From assembly GCA_963823025.1 (NCBI GenBank), contig CAWGKH010000021.1, positions 17,955 to 81,954 on the forward strand: 64,000 nucleotides of DNA, written 5' to 3'. Below the pieces are notes generated by a model. That model searched no databases. It saw nothing but the letters and a program-made list of their open reading frames with translations, and was not told where the DNA came from. Of this stretch, positions 48,829-58,738 are shown piece by piece. Each line of letters begins with the position of its first letter. Position 1 is the stretch's first letter. The position numbers and the translations under genes are program-made. Source of the stretch: an uncultured Planctomycetota bacterium (lineage in GTDB: Bacteria > Planctomycetota > UBA1135 > UBA2386).

Positions 48829-51519
48829 TCAGAACCGCGACAGCGAGAAGAACAGTTGCTGGGTGCGGTCGGTCTCCTCGCGGAGGATCGGCCAGCCGAG
48901 GTCCAGGGCCAGGGGGACGTTCAGGAGCGGGAGCTGCAACCGGATGCCGAAGCCGGCGCTCAGCCGCGGCGGACCGAGGTCGTCGATGCCGAGTCCGAGC
49001 ATGCCGAAGTCGGTGAACACGACGCCACGGAGGACCTCGGTCTCGCGGAGCTGCCCCTCGCGGCGGGTCGAGAAGATCGGGAACTGGTACTCGAGGCTCG
49101 ACAGGATCCGCGCTTCGCCACCCGTCGGGTTGCCGAACTGCGACGGTCCCGCCCGGCGCTGGTCGAAGCCGCGCAGCGTGCTGCCGCCCATGTAGAAGCG
49201 CTCGGTCAGGTAGAGGAAGTCCGAGCTGCCGAACGCGTGCCCGTAGTCGAAGCGGTTGCGCCACCGCAGGACGTGCGCGCGGCCGAGCAGGTCGCGATGG
49301 AGCGGCACGAACTGCGTGTAGGCGAGCCCGGTCTTGTAGAAGTCCTGGTCGGCACCGAACGGGCCGCCGACGAGTTCGCCGTAGACGTCGAGCTGCATGC
49401 CGGCGCTCGGCGCCAGCGCCGAGTCGGTCGTCTGGTAGTCGAGGTTGAGCCTCACACCGCGCATCTCGGTCTGGCCTTCGGACTCGAAGACGATCGTCGG
49501 TGCGTTCGCGTCCGGATTGGTGATGTCGACGGTCTCCTGGCGGATCGACAGGCCGGCCGACAGCTGCTCGCTGAAGTTGCGCTGCAGACCGAGCTGGAGA
49601 CCGAGCGAGTCCTGCTCGTAGCTGTCCCAGAACTGCAGGCGCTTGTACCCCTGCACGCGCAGACCGATCGTGTCGAAGTGCTGGCGGAACAGGTCAGGCT
49701 CGTAGAACGAGATCGAGAACAGGCTGATCTCGGTGCCCGGCGCGAGCATGAGCTCGAGGTCCTGGCCGGCGCCGTGGAACGCCTTGTTGCTGCCGATCTC
49801 CTCGAACCAGTCGACCGGATTGAGGCTCGTCGGCAGGCGCGTGAAGTCGAAGTTGCGCTTCGACAGCACGAATCGCGCCTGCACGCCGGTCGCGGTGCTG
49901 ACGCCGGCCCCCCACAGGAACGATCCGGTGTCCCCCTCGCTGACGTCGATCGCGAGGTCGAGCTTGTCCGGCTCGCCCTTCACCGGCAGCAGCTCGAACA
50001 TCACGCCGCTGAAATCCTCCGGGTCCTGGAGGTACCGGAGGCCGTCGAGCGCGCGCTGCGACCGCTCGACCTCGGTCATGTCGAGGATGTCGCCGGGCAT
50101 CAGGAACACCTTGCGCCGCACGACGCGATCGCGCGTGTAGGTGTTGCCGCGGATCACGACATCGTGCAGGTGCTTCGGCGTGCCCTCCTCACAGACGAAC
50201 GTCAGGTGGATCTCGGCCTTCTCGATGTCGAAGCGCTCCGCGGGATCGCCGATCTTGAACGCGTTTTCGATGCCGCGCCCGTACCGCCCGAACAACGGGT
50301 GCCCGCGTCGCCCGTAGAAGTCGATGATCGCCTGTCGGTCCTGCTGGACGAGCTCGTAGTCGTAGTCGTCGCCGGGCTTCATCTTGACCTCGGCGAGCAC
50401 CTGCGACTTCGGGTAGAGCGGCTTGTCTTGACCGGGCGGCGGCACCTGCAGGAGGTCGATGCTCGCGATCTTGTAGCGGCGCCCCTCGACGACGCGGATC
50501 GTCAGGTCGACGGCGGTCCAGTCGGCATTGAACACGAGGTTCGCGAGCTCGACCTCGGCGTCGCGATAGCCCTTCCGCCGGTAGAAGAAGCGCAGACGAT
50601 CGAGATCCTCCTCGACGATCTCCTCCGAGTAGGCATCCCCGTGCAGGATCCCGGCCGGACCGCTCGCCAGCTTCGCACTGCCGATCAGGTTCTCGGAGAA
50701 GCCGAGCGGCACCCAACCCGGGAAGGCCTGGTTGCCGACGAAGTGGATCTGACCGATCGTGACGTAGTTGCCCTCGTCGACCCAGAATTCGAGCGTGTTG
50801 TCGTCGGGCTTCTCGACGATGCGCACCTCGGCGAACGGGTAACCCTCGCGGTGATAACGATCCTTCAACGTGGCCGCGTACTGCTCGGCGGCGCGACGAT
50901 TGATCCGCTGTCGCGCGTCGATCCCGAGCAGCGCCCGCACCTCGCGCTCTTTGAAGTGGTCGAGACCGTGGAACTCGAAGCGGTCGAACGATCGCGACTC
51001 GTCCACGAAGAAGAACACGCGGATCCCGCCGGACACCGGCTCGAACTCGAGCGAGCGCGTGTAGATCTTCAGTCGCTGCCACAGCGTGCGCATGTCGTCG
51101 CGCGCCACGGAGTCGGAGAACGGCTGGCCCACCTTGGTCTTGATGATGCGCAGGATGGTGTCGGCGGACGTCGCCGGCTCGATGCGGATGTCGACGACGG
51201 TCTTGCCCTCGGCCTCGCTGTGCTGCGCGGCCTGCGCGGCGCCCGGCTGCTGCGTGTTCGGCTGCTCGGGCTTCGGCTGCTCGGGCTTCGGCTCCTGGGT
51301 GCCCGGCGGCTCTGCACCCGGCTCCGGCGCACCGGGTTTCGGCGCGGCCGGCACCGGCTTGATCGGCTCCTGCTTGGTCGCGTCCGGCCGGACCGGCTCC
51401 GGATCGTCCTGCGCCGCGCACGGCACGTGCGACAGCCACGCGACGACGAGCACGGCGGCAGCGACGACGCGCCAGAGCGTCCGGACTCGCCCGCGCGACA
51501 CGGCAGGCGGTCCGCTCAC
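48829..51519 (-). CDS. bamA: Outer membrane protein assembly factor BamA (Omp85)
   Basis: Signal peptide, Pro/Gln linker, POTRA motifs (YRRKGYRDAEV, GNTYTRDRVVRR), ERFYMGGSTLRGF, SAGFGIR, terminal Phe. Confidence 0.9.
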   Translation of the reverse strand: MSGPPAVSRGRVRTLWRVVAAAVLVVAWLSHVPCAAQDDPEPVRPDATKQEPIKPVPAAPKPGAPEPGAEPPGTQEPKPEQPKPEQPNTQQPGAAQAAQHSEAEGKTVVDIRIEPATSADTILRIIKTKVGQPFSDSVARDDMRTLWQRLKIYTRSLEFEPVSGGIRVFFFVDESRSFDRFEFHGLDHFKEREVRALLGIDARQRINRRAAEQYAATLKDRYHREGYPFAEVRIVEKPDDNTLEFWVDEGNYVTIGQIHFVGNQAFPGWVPLGFSENLIGSAKLASGPAGILHGDAYSEEIVEEDLDRLRFFYRRKGYRDAEVELANLVFNADWTAVDLTIRVVEGRRYKIASIDLLQVPPPGQDKPLYPKSQVLAEVKMKPGDDYDYELVQQDRQAIIDFYGRRGHPLFGRYGRGIENAFKIGDPAERFDIEKAEIHLTFVCEEGTPKHLHDVVIRGNTYTRDRVVRRKVFLMPGDILDMTEVERSQRALDGLRYLQDPEDFSGVMFELLPVKGEPDKLDLAIDVSEGDTGSFLWGAGVSTATGVQARFVLSKRNFDFTRLPTSLNPVDWFEEIGSNKAFHGAGQDLELMLAPGTEISLFSISFYEPDLFRQHFDTIGLRVQGYKRLQFWDSYEQDSLGLQLGLQRNFSEQLSAGLSIRQETVDITNPDANAPTIVFESEGQTEMRGVRLNLDYQTTDSALAPSAGMQLDVYGELVGGPFGADQDFYKTGLAYTQFVPLHRDLLGRAHVLRWRNRFDYGHAFGSSDFLYLTERFYMGGSTLRGFDQRRAGPSQFGNPTGGEARILSSLEYQFPIFSTRREGQLRETEVLRGVVFTDFGMLGLGIDDLGPPRLSAGFGIRLQLPLLNVPLALDLGWPILREETDRTQQLFFSLSRF

Positions 51520-51574
51520 GCGGGCACTCCGCGGCGCACCGCGGCCCGTGTGTGGTGTCTCGCCCGGGCAGGGC

Positions 51575-52927
51575 TCACGGCAGCGGCTCCGGCCGGCGTT
51601 GGTAGCTCTCGAACCGCATGTACTCGCGAAAGAACTTCAACGTGACGTCGCCGGTCGGGCCGTTGCGCTGCTTCGCGATGATGAGCTGCGCGAGGCCGGC
51701 GTTCTCTTCGGTGCGTCGATAGTACTCCTCGCGGTGCAGCAGCACGATGACGTCGGCGTCCTGCTCGATCGCCCCCGACTCGCGCAGATCGCTCATGCGC
51801 GGTCGGTGGTCCTCGCGACCTTCGACGTCGCGGTTGAGCTGCGACAACGCGATCACCGGCACCTCGAGCTCGCGCGCCAGCCCCTTGAGCGCGCGCGAGA
51901 TCGTCGCGATCTCCTGCTGCCGGCTCTCGGCGCGCTTGCCGATCGTCATCAGCTGCAGGTAGTCGATGACGATCATGCGGATGTCATGCTGCTGCTTGAG
52001 GCGCCGGCACTTGGCGCGGAGCGTCGTCGGCGTCAGACCGGCGGCATCGTCGATGAAGATCGGGGCCTCGTACAGCAACGCCGCCTCGTCCTGGAGCCGC
52101 TTGTACTGCTGGTCGGTGAGGCGGCCGCGGCGCATCGCCTGACCGTCGACCTGGGACCGGCAGCACAGCATGTTCGAGATGACCTGCTGCGCCGACATCT
52201 CGAGGCTGAACACGACGACTCCCTGGCCGTGCGTGGCGACGCGTTCGCAGAGGTTGAGCGCCAGCGACGTCTTCCCCATCGACGGTCGGGCCGCGACGAT
52301 GATCAGCTCGCCCGGCTGGAGGCCGCCGGTCATCTCGTCGAGGTCGGGGAAGTGCGACATCACCCCGGTCGGCTCCCCCTGCCGCGAGCGGAAGTAGTCG
52401 ATGCGCTCGAAGGTCTGCTGCAGCACCGACTCGATGCTCTTGACCTCGTCGGCGACGTTCATGCGGGCGATCTTGAAGATCTTCTCCTCGGCCTCCTCGA
52501 GGAGCTGTCGCGCGTCGTTGGCGTTCTCGTAGGCCATGCGCGAGATGTCGAGGCAGATCTCGAGGAGCTGCCGCTGGATCGACTTCTCGCGGACGATCTC
52601 GGCGTGGAAGCCGACGCCCGCCGCCGACACCACCGCGTCGAGCAGCGCGAGCAGCGCCTCGCGGCCGCCGACCTCGTCGAGCCGCCCGAGCCGCGACAGC
52701 GACTCCTCGACGGTCAGCACGTCGGCCTGCGCCTGGCGGTCGTAGGTCTCGAGGATCGCGTCGAAGACGACCCGGTGCGCGGGCACGTAGAAGTCGCCGC
52801 TCTTCAGCACCTGGCTGACGTCGGCGATCGCGTTGGGATCGAGGAGGAGCGCTCCGAGGACGGAGCGCTCCGCGTCCACACTCCGCGGCACGCCGCGGCT
52901 CTCCGTCGTTGGGCTGAAGTCGACCAC
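51575..52927 (-). CDS. dnaB: Replicative DNA helicase
   Basis: AERSVLGALL, AARPSMGKTS, FSLEMS, IDYLQLM, ALSQLNR, SDLRESGAIEQDAD, AKQRNGPTG. Start is GTG 52927 or ATG 52966. Confidence 0.97.
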   Translation of the reverse strand: MVDFSPTTESRGVPRSVDAERSVLGALLLDPNAIADVSQVLKSGDFYVPAHRVVFDAILETYDRQAQADVLTVEESLSRLGRLDEVGGREALLALLDAVVSAAGVGFHAEIVREKSIQRQLLEICLDISRMAYENANDARQLLEEAEEKIFKIARMNVADEVKSIESVLQQTFERIDYFRSRQGEPTGVMSHFPDLDEMTGGLQPGELIIVAARPSMGKTSLALNLCERVATHGQGVVVFSLEMSAQQVISNMLCCRSQVDGQAMRRGRLTDQQYKRLQDEAALLYEAPIFIDDAAGLTPTTLRAKCRRLKQQHDIRMIVIDYLQLMTIGKRAESRQQEIATISRALKGLARELEVPVIALSQLNRDVEGREDHRPRMSDLRESGAIEQDADVIVLLHREEYYRRTEENAGLAQLIIAKQRNGPTGDVTLKFFREYMRFESYQRRPEPLP

Positions 52928-53106
52928 GCTCTCGAGCCCTCCCTGGTTCGTCGGACGATCCCGCATCGACGACGCGCCGCCACGGGAACGGAGGAGTTTG
53001 CCGCCAGAACGCGGCGACGTGCAAGCACCGATCGAAAGGGTCTCGCGCGGTGCGCGCGCGAAGGTCGGTGGAGAGTCTCGTGGAATCTGGTGGAGACGTG
53101 CGCGGC

Positions 53107-54702
53107 TCACGCGCCGCGATCGATCACGCGCCCGCTGGTCGCACCGGCCTCGCACTCGACGACGCCGCGCCGCGCGAGCTCACCGAGCAGGTCCACCGCC
53201 TCGTCGTGCGACACGCGCAGGCGACGCTTGAGGAAGTTCACGCTGGCGCGGCGGTACTCGAGGACCAGTGCCTCGGCCTCGGTGACGAGCTCCTGGTCCG
53301 ACGCACCGGTGGCGAACAGGGACTTCTGTCCGCTCGGCCGGGGCACGAGCCACGACGCGTCGCCCTCGGCGGCGGCGTCGTCGATCGCGGCCACCGTCGG
53401 CTCGTCGACCATCGGCTCGTCGACCGCATCGGCATCGATCGCGTCGACCTCGTCGTCCGCGTCGACCTCGGCGTAGCCCGCGTCGACGTCGTCGTCGGCA
53501 TCGACCTCGGCGTAGCCCGCGTCGTCGTCGTCCTCGAGGTCCGCTTCGTCCGCCGCGACGACCGCGTCGTCGTGCCGGTCGTCGTCGATCTCCGCATCGT
53601 CCGGATCGCTCGCCGCCAGGATCTCCGCGCCCTCGGCGGGATCCTCCTCGGCCTCCTCCGCATCCTCGGCGTAGACCTCGTCGTCGATCTCCTCGTCGTC
53701 CGCTCGCTCGTCCTCGAAGACGTCCGCGTCCTCGAAGACATCCTCGTCCTCGGCGAGCGCGTCGTCCGCATCGGCCGCCGCCGGCTCGTCGGGGTCCTCG
53801 TCCTCCTCGGCGTGGGCGTCCTCCCCGGCGTAGGCCTCCTCCGCGTCCTCCCCGCCCTCGTCGACGACGTCGTCCGCGGCGTCGTCGTCCGCGGCGAGGG
53901 CACCGGCGTCCGCCGCCGCCGCCGGCTCGTCGTCGGCGTCCTCCTCCTCCTCCTCATCATCGTAGCGGCGGCGCCACCGCCGGTCGCGGCCACGTTCCTC
54001 GAACTCCGTCACGACCTCGTCGACCGCGCGGGCGAGCTCTTCGTCGTCGATGACGATGGTGTCCGACAGCTCGTCGTCGGCGTCCGGCTCCGGCGCCTCG
54101 AGACGCAACGATTCGAGCTCGGCGACGGCCTCGGTCTCGACCCCACCGCTGCTCCGCGGCTTCGCGCTCACCACCTCACCGGCGACGCCGCGCGCCAGCC
54201 CCTCGAACTGCCGGTAGAAGAAGAAGTCGGTCGCGAGCGCCAGCGACGCGAGCGAGGCCAGCGCGACCAGCAGGATCGACAGTGTCGTGCCGAGCACCGC
54301 GCTGAGCCGCACCGCGAAGAACGCCCCCACCGTTCCCGCGGACGCCGGCACCGTGCCGTCGACGCGGAGGCTGACGAGGATCGACAGGCAGAGCCCGAGC
54401 GCACCGATGCGTGCGAGCCGGATCCACGGCCGGTCGATGCGGCCGGTGAGGAACGCGATCGAGCTCCAGGCGAGCACGAGCACGGCCATCATGAACAGCG
54501 GCTCGAAGCCGATCCGGTCGTAGATCGCGACGACCAGTCGGGCGAACAGACCGTCGTCGTCGACGGCGACGGCACCGCGCAGGCGGAACCAGGTCAACGC
54601 CGAGACGAAGAAGCCGGAGACCGCGATCGGAACCAGGGGCCATGCCCAAGGGGGGAAGCGCCCGACGCGCGCCTCCCCGTTCGCGAGGAACGGTGCAGTC
54701 AT
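53107..54702 (-). CDS. FtsK-related protein: 4-TM region, very acidic linker and FtsK-gamma winged helix, no ATPase domain
   Basis: Four TM helices with AGTVGAFF...ATDFFF paralleling GGAFGANL...ATEWLL of the neighbouring ftsK; about 250 aa D/E-rich linker; C-terminal ELVTEAEALVLEYRRASVNFLKRRLRVSHDEAVDLLGELARRGVV; no Walker motifs. Confidence 0.8.
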   Translation of the reverse strand: MTAPFLANGEARVGRFPPWAWPLVPIAVSGFFVSALTWFRLRGAVAVDDDGLFARLVVAIYDRIGFEPLFMMAVLVLAWSSIAFLTGRIDRPWIRLARIGALGLCLSILVSLRVDGTVPASAGTVGAFFAVRLSAVLGTTLSILLVALASLASLALATDFFFYRQFEGLARGVAGEVVSAKPRSSGGVETEAVAELESLRLEAPEPDADDELSDTIVIDDEELARAVDEVVTEFEERGRDRRWRRRYDDEEEEEDADDEPAAAADAGALAADDDAADDVVDEGGEDAEEAYAGEDAHAEEDEDPDEPAAADADDALAEDEDVFEDADVFEDERADDEEIDDEVYAEDAEEAEEDPAEGAEILAASDPDDAEIDDDRHDDAVVAADEADLEDDDDAGYAEVDADDDVDAGYAEVDADDEVDAIDADAVDEPMVDEPTVAAIDDAAAEGDASWLVPRPSGQKSLFATGASDQELVTEAEALVLEYRRASVNFLKRRLRVSHDEAVDLLGELARRGVVECEAGATSGRVIDRGA

Positions 54703-54853
54703 CTGGAAACCTCCCGGCGCCGGAACCCCGTGACGCGCTCGCGCCGCGAAGCCAGGCGACCGCCCAGTCGGTCGGGCCCGATGCTATCCACGGAGCGGGG
54801 CGCGCTCCAGGAGCTGTCGCGAACTCGTTCGCGCGGGTGGCGGGATCGCCGGC

Positions 54854-57511
54854 TCATCCGGATGCCGGATCCTCCGCATCCTCGTCGGCATCCGCGTCCG
54901 GCCCGTCGTCCGACGCCTCGCCCTCGAGCGCCGCCAGCTCCTCGTCCATGGCCGCCTCGCGCGCCCGCCACTCGTCGACCGTCATCAGGACGTCCCGCGA
55001 CTTCGAGCCGACGAAGGGTCCGACGACACCGTCTTCCTCCATCATCTCGAGGAGCCGCGTCGCCCGCGTGTAGCCGACCGACAAGGCCCGCTGGATCAGC
55101 GTCGCCGACCCGCGCTGCTGCCCGAGGATCACCTCGACGGCCTGGTCGTAGAGGTCGTCGCGGTCCTTGAGCCCGCGCTTTCTGCCGGTCTCGGTCTGGA
55201 CGAGCTCCGGCAGGAAGTCCGGCCGCGGCCCATGCTCCTCGAGGAACGACACGACCCCGTGGGTCTCCTCCTCGGACACGAACGCCCCCTGCGCGCGGCG
55301 CATCTGGTGGGACGTCGGCGACACGTACAGCATGTCGCCGTGGCCGAGCAGCTTCTCGGCGCCGTTCGAGTCGAGGATCACGCGCGAGTCGATCTTGCGG
55401 TTCACCTTGAACGCGATCTGGCACGGCAGGTTGGCCTTGATCACGCCGGTGATGACGTCGGTGCTCGGACGCTGGGTCGCGAGGATCACGTGCAGGCCGA
55501 CCGCACGGGACTTCTGCGCGAGCCGCTGGATCGACTCCTCGACGTCCTTCTGCGCGACCGTCATCAGGTCGGCGAGCTCGTCGATGACGATCACCATGTA
55601 GGGCAGGTGTGCGTCGGCCGGATCGATCGGCTTCTGCAGGCGCTGCTCGATCTCCTCCTGCCCGAGCTTGTTGTAGCTCTTGATGTGGTTGGTCCCGACG
55701 GCGGACAGGAGCTGGTAGCGGCGCTCCATCTCCTCGACGGCCCACTCGAGCACCGCCGGGGCCTTCTTCATGTTGGTGACGACGTCGCAGGCGAGGTGCG
55801 GCACGCGGCCGTAGGCCTGCAGCTCGACCATCTTCGGATCGATCAGGATCAGCCGCACCTGCTGCGGCGTCCGCGTCATCAGGATCGACAGCAGGATCGC
55901 GTTGATGCACACCGACTTGCCCGAGCCGGTCGTGCCGGCGATCAGCAGGTGCGGCATCTTCGCGAGGTCCTCGACGATCGGCTCGCCGGCGACGTCACGG
56001 CCGAGGAACAGCGGGATCGCCCGGTCCTCGGCGTGGCCGAACTGCTCGAGCAGCTCGCGCATCACGACCATCCGGCGCCGGACGTTCGGCACCTCGACGC
56101 CGACCGTGTCCTTGCCCGGGATCGGCGCGACCACGCGCACGCTGACCGCGCGCAAGGCGGCCGCGAGGTCGGCCTCGTAGCTGGTGATCTTCGAGAGCTT
56201 GATGCCCTCGCCGAGCTTGACCTCGTACTGCGTGACCGCCGGCCCGACCGACGCCGCGACGACCTTCGCCTCGACCTTGAACGACCCGAGCCGCTGCTCG
56301 ATCGCGGCCTTGTTCGTGTCGAGCGTCTTCTGCGTCGTCTCGGTGTCGCCGTCCTCCGGCTCGCGGAACAGCTCGATCGGCGGGAACGGGTAGGGATGGT
56401 CGAACGGCAGCCCTTGCTGGCGCGCGTCCGTCGCGCGCGGTTTGCGGCGAGCCTTCTGCCTCCGGCGCTCGCGCGCGGCGGCGGCGTGAGGACGATCTCC
56501 GGTTCCTCGGGTTCGGGCTCGGTCGTCGGCGTCGAGCTCCTCGACCTCGGCGAGCTCGACCTCCTCGTGAGGTTCCTCGGGCTCGGGTTCCTCGGGCTCC
56601 GGCTCGGGCTCGGGCTCGTCGACGTCGGCCGGCTCGGGTTCGACCGGCTCGGCGCCCGCCGCCGCGATCTCCGCTTCGGCCCACTCGTCCGCGACGTCGA
56701 CGTCCTCCCGCGCCGCGGGCTCGTCCTCGGCTGCGACCACGGGCTCGCCGCTTCACCCGAGCGCCGCAACGCGTCGGCGGTCCGCCGCCAGGCGGTGCGC
56801 AGCGCGACGAGCCCGAAGCGCGACGGCCGCGCGGGCGCGGCTCGCCGTCCGCCTCGTCGTCGCTCCTCCAGCGCACCCTCCGCGGTCGCGGGCTGCACGA
56901 ACGGCCCACCGAGCCGGCGGAGCGCCGGCCTCGACCAGCTCGCCGAACCGGAGCACCGCGGTCGACAACAGCCACTCGGTCGCCAGCACGAACGAGCACG
57001 CGGCGCCGAACAGCAGCAGCAGCACCCGCCCCGAGCCGCCGAACGCGCGGAGCAGCTTGGGCGAGAGGTTCGCGCCGAACGCGCCGCCCGGCCCCTGTGG
57101 CGCGAGCCGCGACGGCGCCGCGTCGCCGAACGGCCCGGCGAACAACAGCGCCAGCATCGCCGCGAACACGACGATGCCGAGCGTCTTCAGCACCAGCCGG
57201 TCGACCGGCCGGCCGACGAACAGCAGGAGCCCGTAGATCACGGCGCCGAAGCACGGCACGAACGCCGCAAAGCCGAGCGTGTAGGTCAGCCCGAACGCGA
57301 TGCCGTAGCCGACCGTGCCGCCGAGGTTGGTCAGCCCGCCGCGCGGGATCGCACCGTCGATCGGCGCCGGCTGGAACGTCGCCAGCGCCAGCAGCGCGAA
57401 CACCGCCAGTCCGACGATGCACAGCGCGATCAGCTCGCGGCCGCGCGGCCCGAGGCCCGGACCCGGGACGTCCTCGACCGGCACGAAGCGTGGGCCCTTC
57501 TTGCGGCTCAA
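54854..57511 (-). CDS. ftsK: DNA translocase FtsK with several indels in the linker (about 56460-56930)
   Basis: 4-TM N-terminus (NLGGTVG) in ORF 56753..57688; motor (MPHLLIAGTTGSGKS, IDELADLM, LATQRPS, GAEKLLGHGDML) and gamma domain (LIQRALSVGYTRATRL) in ORF 54854..56740. Confidence 0.92.
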
Positions 57512-58182
57512 CCGGATGCCTCCTCGCGCTTCTGCTTGTCCTCGAGCCGCGCCACCGCGAGCGCGACCAGCCGCTCGGCGACCGCGGCCTTCGGCGCCGG
57601 CCCGAAGGTGTCGCACACTCCCTTCGCGTCGAGCACGATCACGCGGTTCTCCTCGGCACCCATCGCGGTCGCGGCGTTCAGCACACACAGGTCGAGCCGC
57701 TTCTGGGCGAGCTTGTCCGCCGCGCGCGCGATCGCATCGTCGGGGACCGCGGTGTCGAACACCTCGAGCGCGAAGCCGACGACGAGCTGCCGTGCGCGCT
57801 TCGCGCGGCCGAGGGCGGCGATGACGTCGGGGTTCGCGGTCAGCTCGATCGGCGCGCCGAGCTCGGCCTTGGACGGCTTGCCGCGCCGGCGCTTCGCCGG
57901 CCGGAAGTCCGCGACCGCGGCGACGCCGAACGCGATGTCGTGGTCGGCGAACGCCGCCACCGCCCGGTCGTGCATCTCCCGCGCCGAGACCACGTCGATC
58001 CGGTCGACGCCGGCTGGGGTGTCGAGCGCGGTCGGCCCGGAGACGAGGAGCACGGGGTGCCCGGCCCGCGCCGCTGCCGCAGCCAGCGCGTAGCCCATGC
58101 GCCCGCTGCTGGCGTTCGCCAGGTAGCGGACGTCGTCCAGATACTCGTGCGTCGGACCGGCTGTGATCAGCAGGCTCGGCAT
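57508..58182 (-). CDS. coaB: Phosphopantothenoylcysteine synthetase (stand-alone CoaB domain)
   Basis: LITAGPTHEYLDDVRYLANASSGRMG, AAVADFRP, VVGFALE, KRLDLCVLN. Confidence 0.9.
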   Translation of the reverse strand: MPSLLITAGPTHEYLDDVRYLANASSGRMGYALAAAAARAGHPVLLVSGPTALDTPAGVDRIDVVSAREMHDRAVAAFADHDIAFGVAAVADFRPAKRRRGKPSKAELGAPIELTANPDVIAALGRAKRARQLVVGFALEVFDTAVPDDAIARAADKLAQKRLDLCVLNAATAMGAEENRVIVLDAKGVCDTFGPAPKAAVAERLVALAVARLEDKQKREEASG

Positions 58183-58283
58183 GAACCCCTCGTCAGGAAC
58201 CGCCCTCGGCTCCGGCTGACCGGCCGGACCGGGAGTGGGGCGGAGTGTAACGGCTAGGGGCGGTGGAGGCTCGGGGAGAGGCA

Positions 58284-58529
58284 GCAATTCACACCCGGTG
58301 TGATCTGCTGCCTCTCGCGCTACCGCAGGACGCGCAGGGTCGCGACCCGCTCGCCCGCCTCCAGGGTCCGCCGCCACGCGGTCGAACCGTCCGGACGGAT
58401 CGCTTCGACCACCGCCGGATCGGTGCCGACGATCAGCTCGGCGACCAGCGTCGGCCGCGTGATCCCGGCACTCCGCGACAGCTCCGGCGACAGCCGGTGC
58501 AATTGACACCCGGTGTGATCCGCTGCCTC
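58284..58529. repeat. 31-bp direct repeat (29/31 identical) with a palindromic core, copies 215 bp apart
   Basis: gcaattCacacccggtgtgatcTgctgcctc at 58284-58314 and gcaattGacacccggtgtgatcCgctgcctc at 58499-58529. Confidence 0.9.
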
Positions 58530-58738
58530 GGCTTCCCGGCAGTCTCGGGCGCGGGATCCGCGCCGGGTGTCGCAGCCGCAGGAGGAGCGGCATCCGTCGT
58601 CGAGTCCGCATCGGTGCCGCGCACGGCCGGCACCCGACCGGCCATCGTCCATCCGGCCACGAACGCCGCGACGATCGCGAACAAGGCGGCGGCCCCGAGG
58701 ACCGCGCGCCGCGGCCAGATCCTCCCGGGCCCACTCAC
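58320..58738 (-). CDS. Small bitopic membrane protein, probably frame-broken near 58490
   Basis: GTG at 58738 overlaps the upstream stop (GTGA); TM helix AVLGAAALFAIVAAFVAGW; the frame stops at 58433 but a plausible continuation (LSPELSRSAGITRPTLVAELIVG...) in another frame ends at 58320. Confidence 0.45.
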
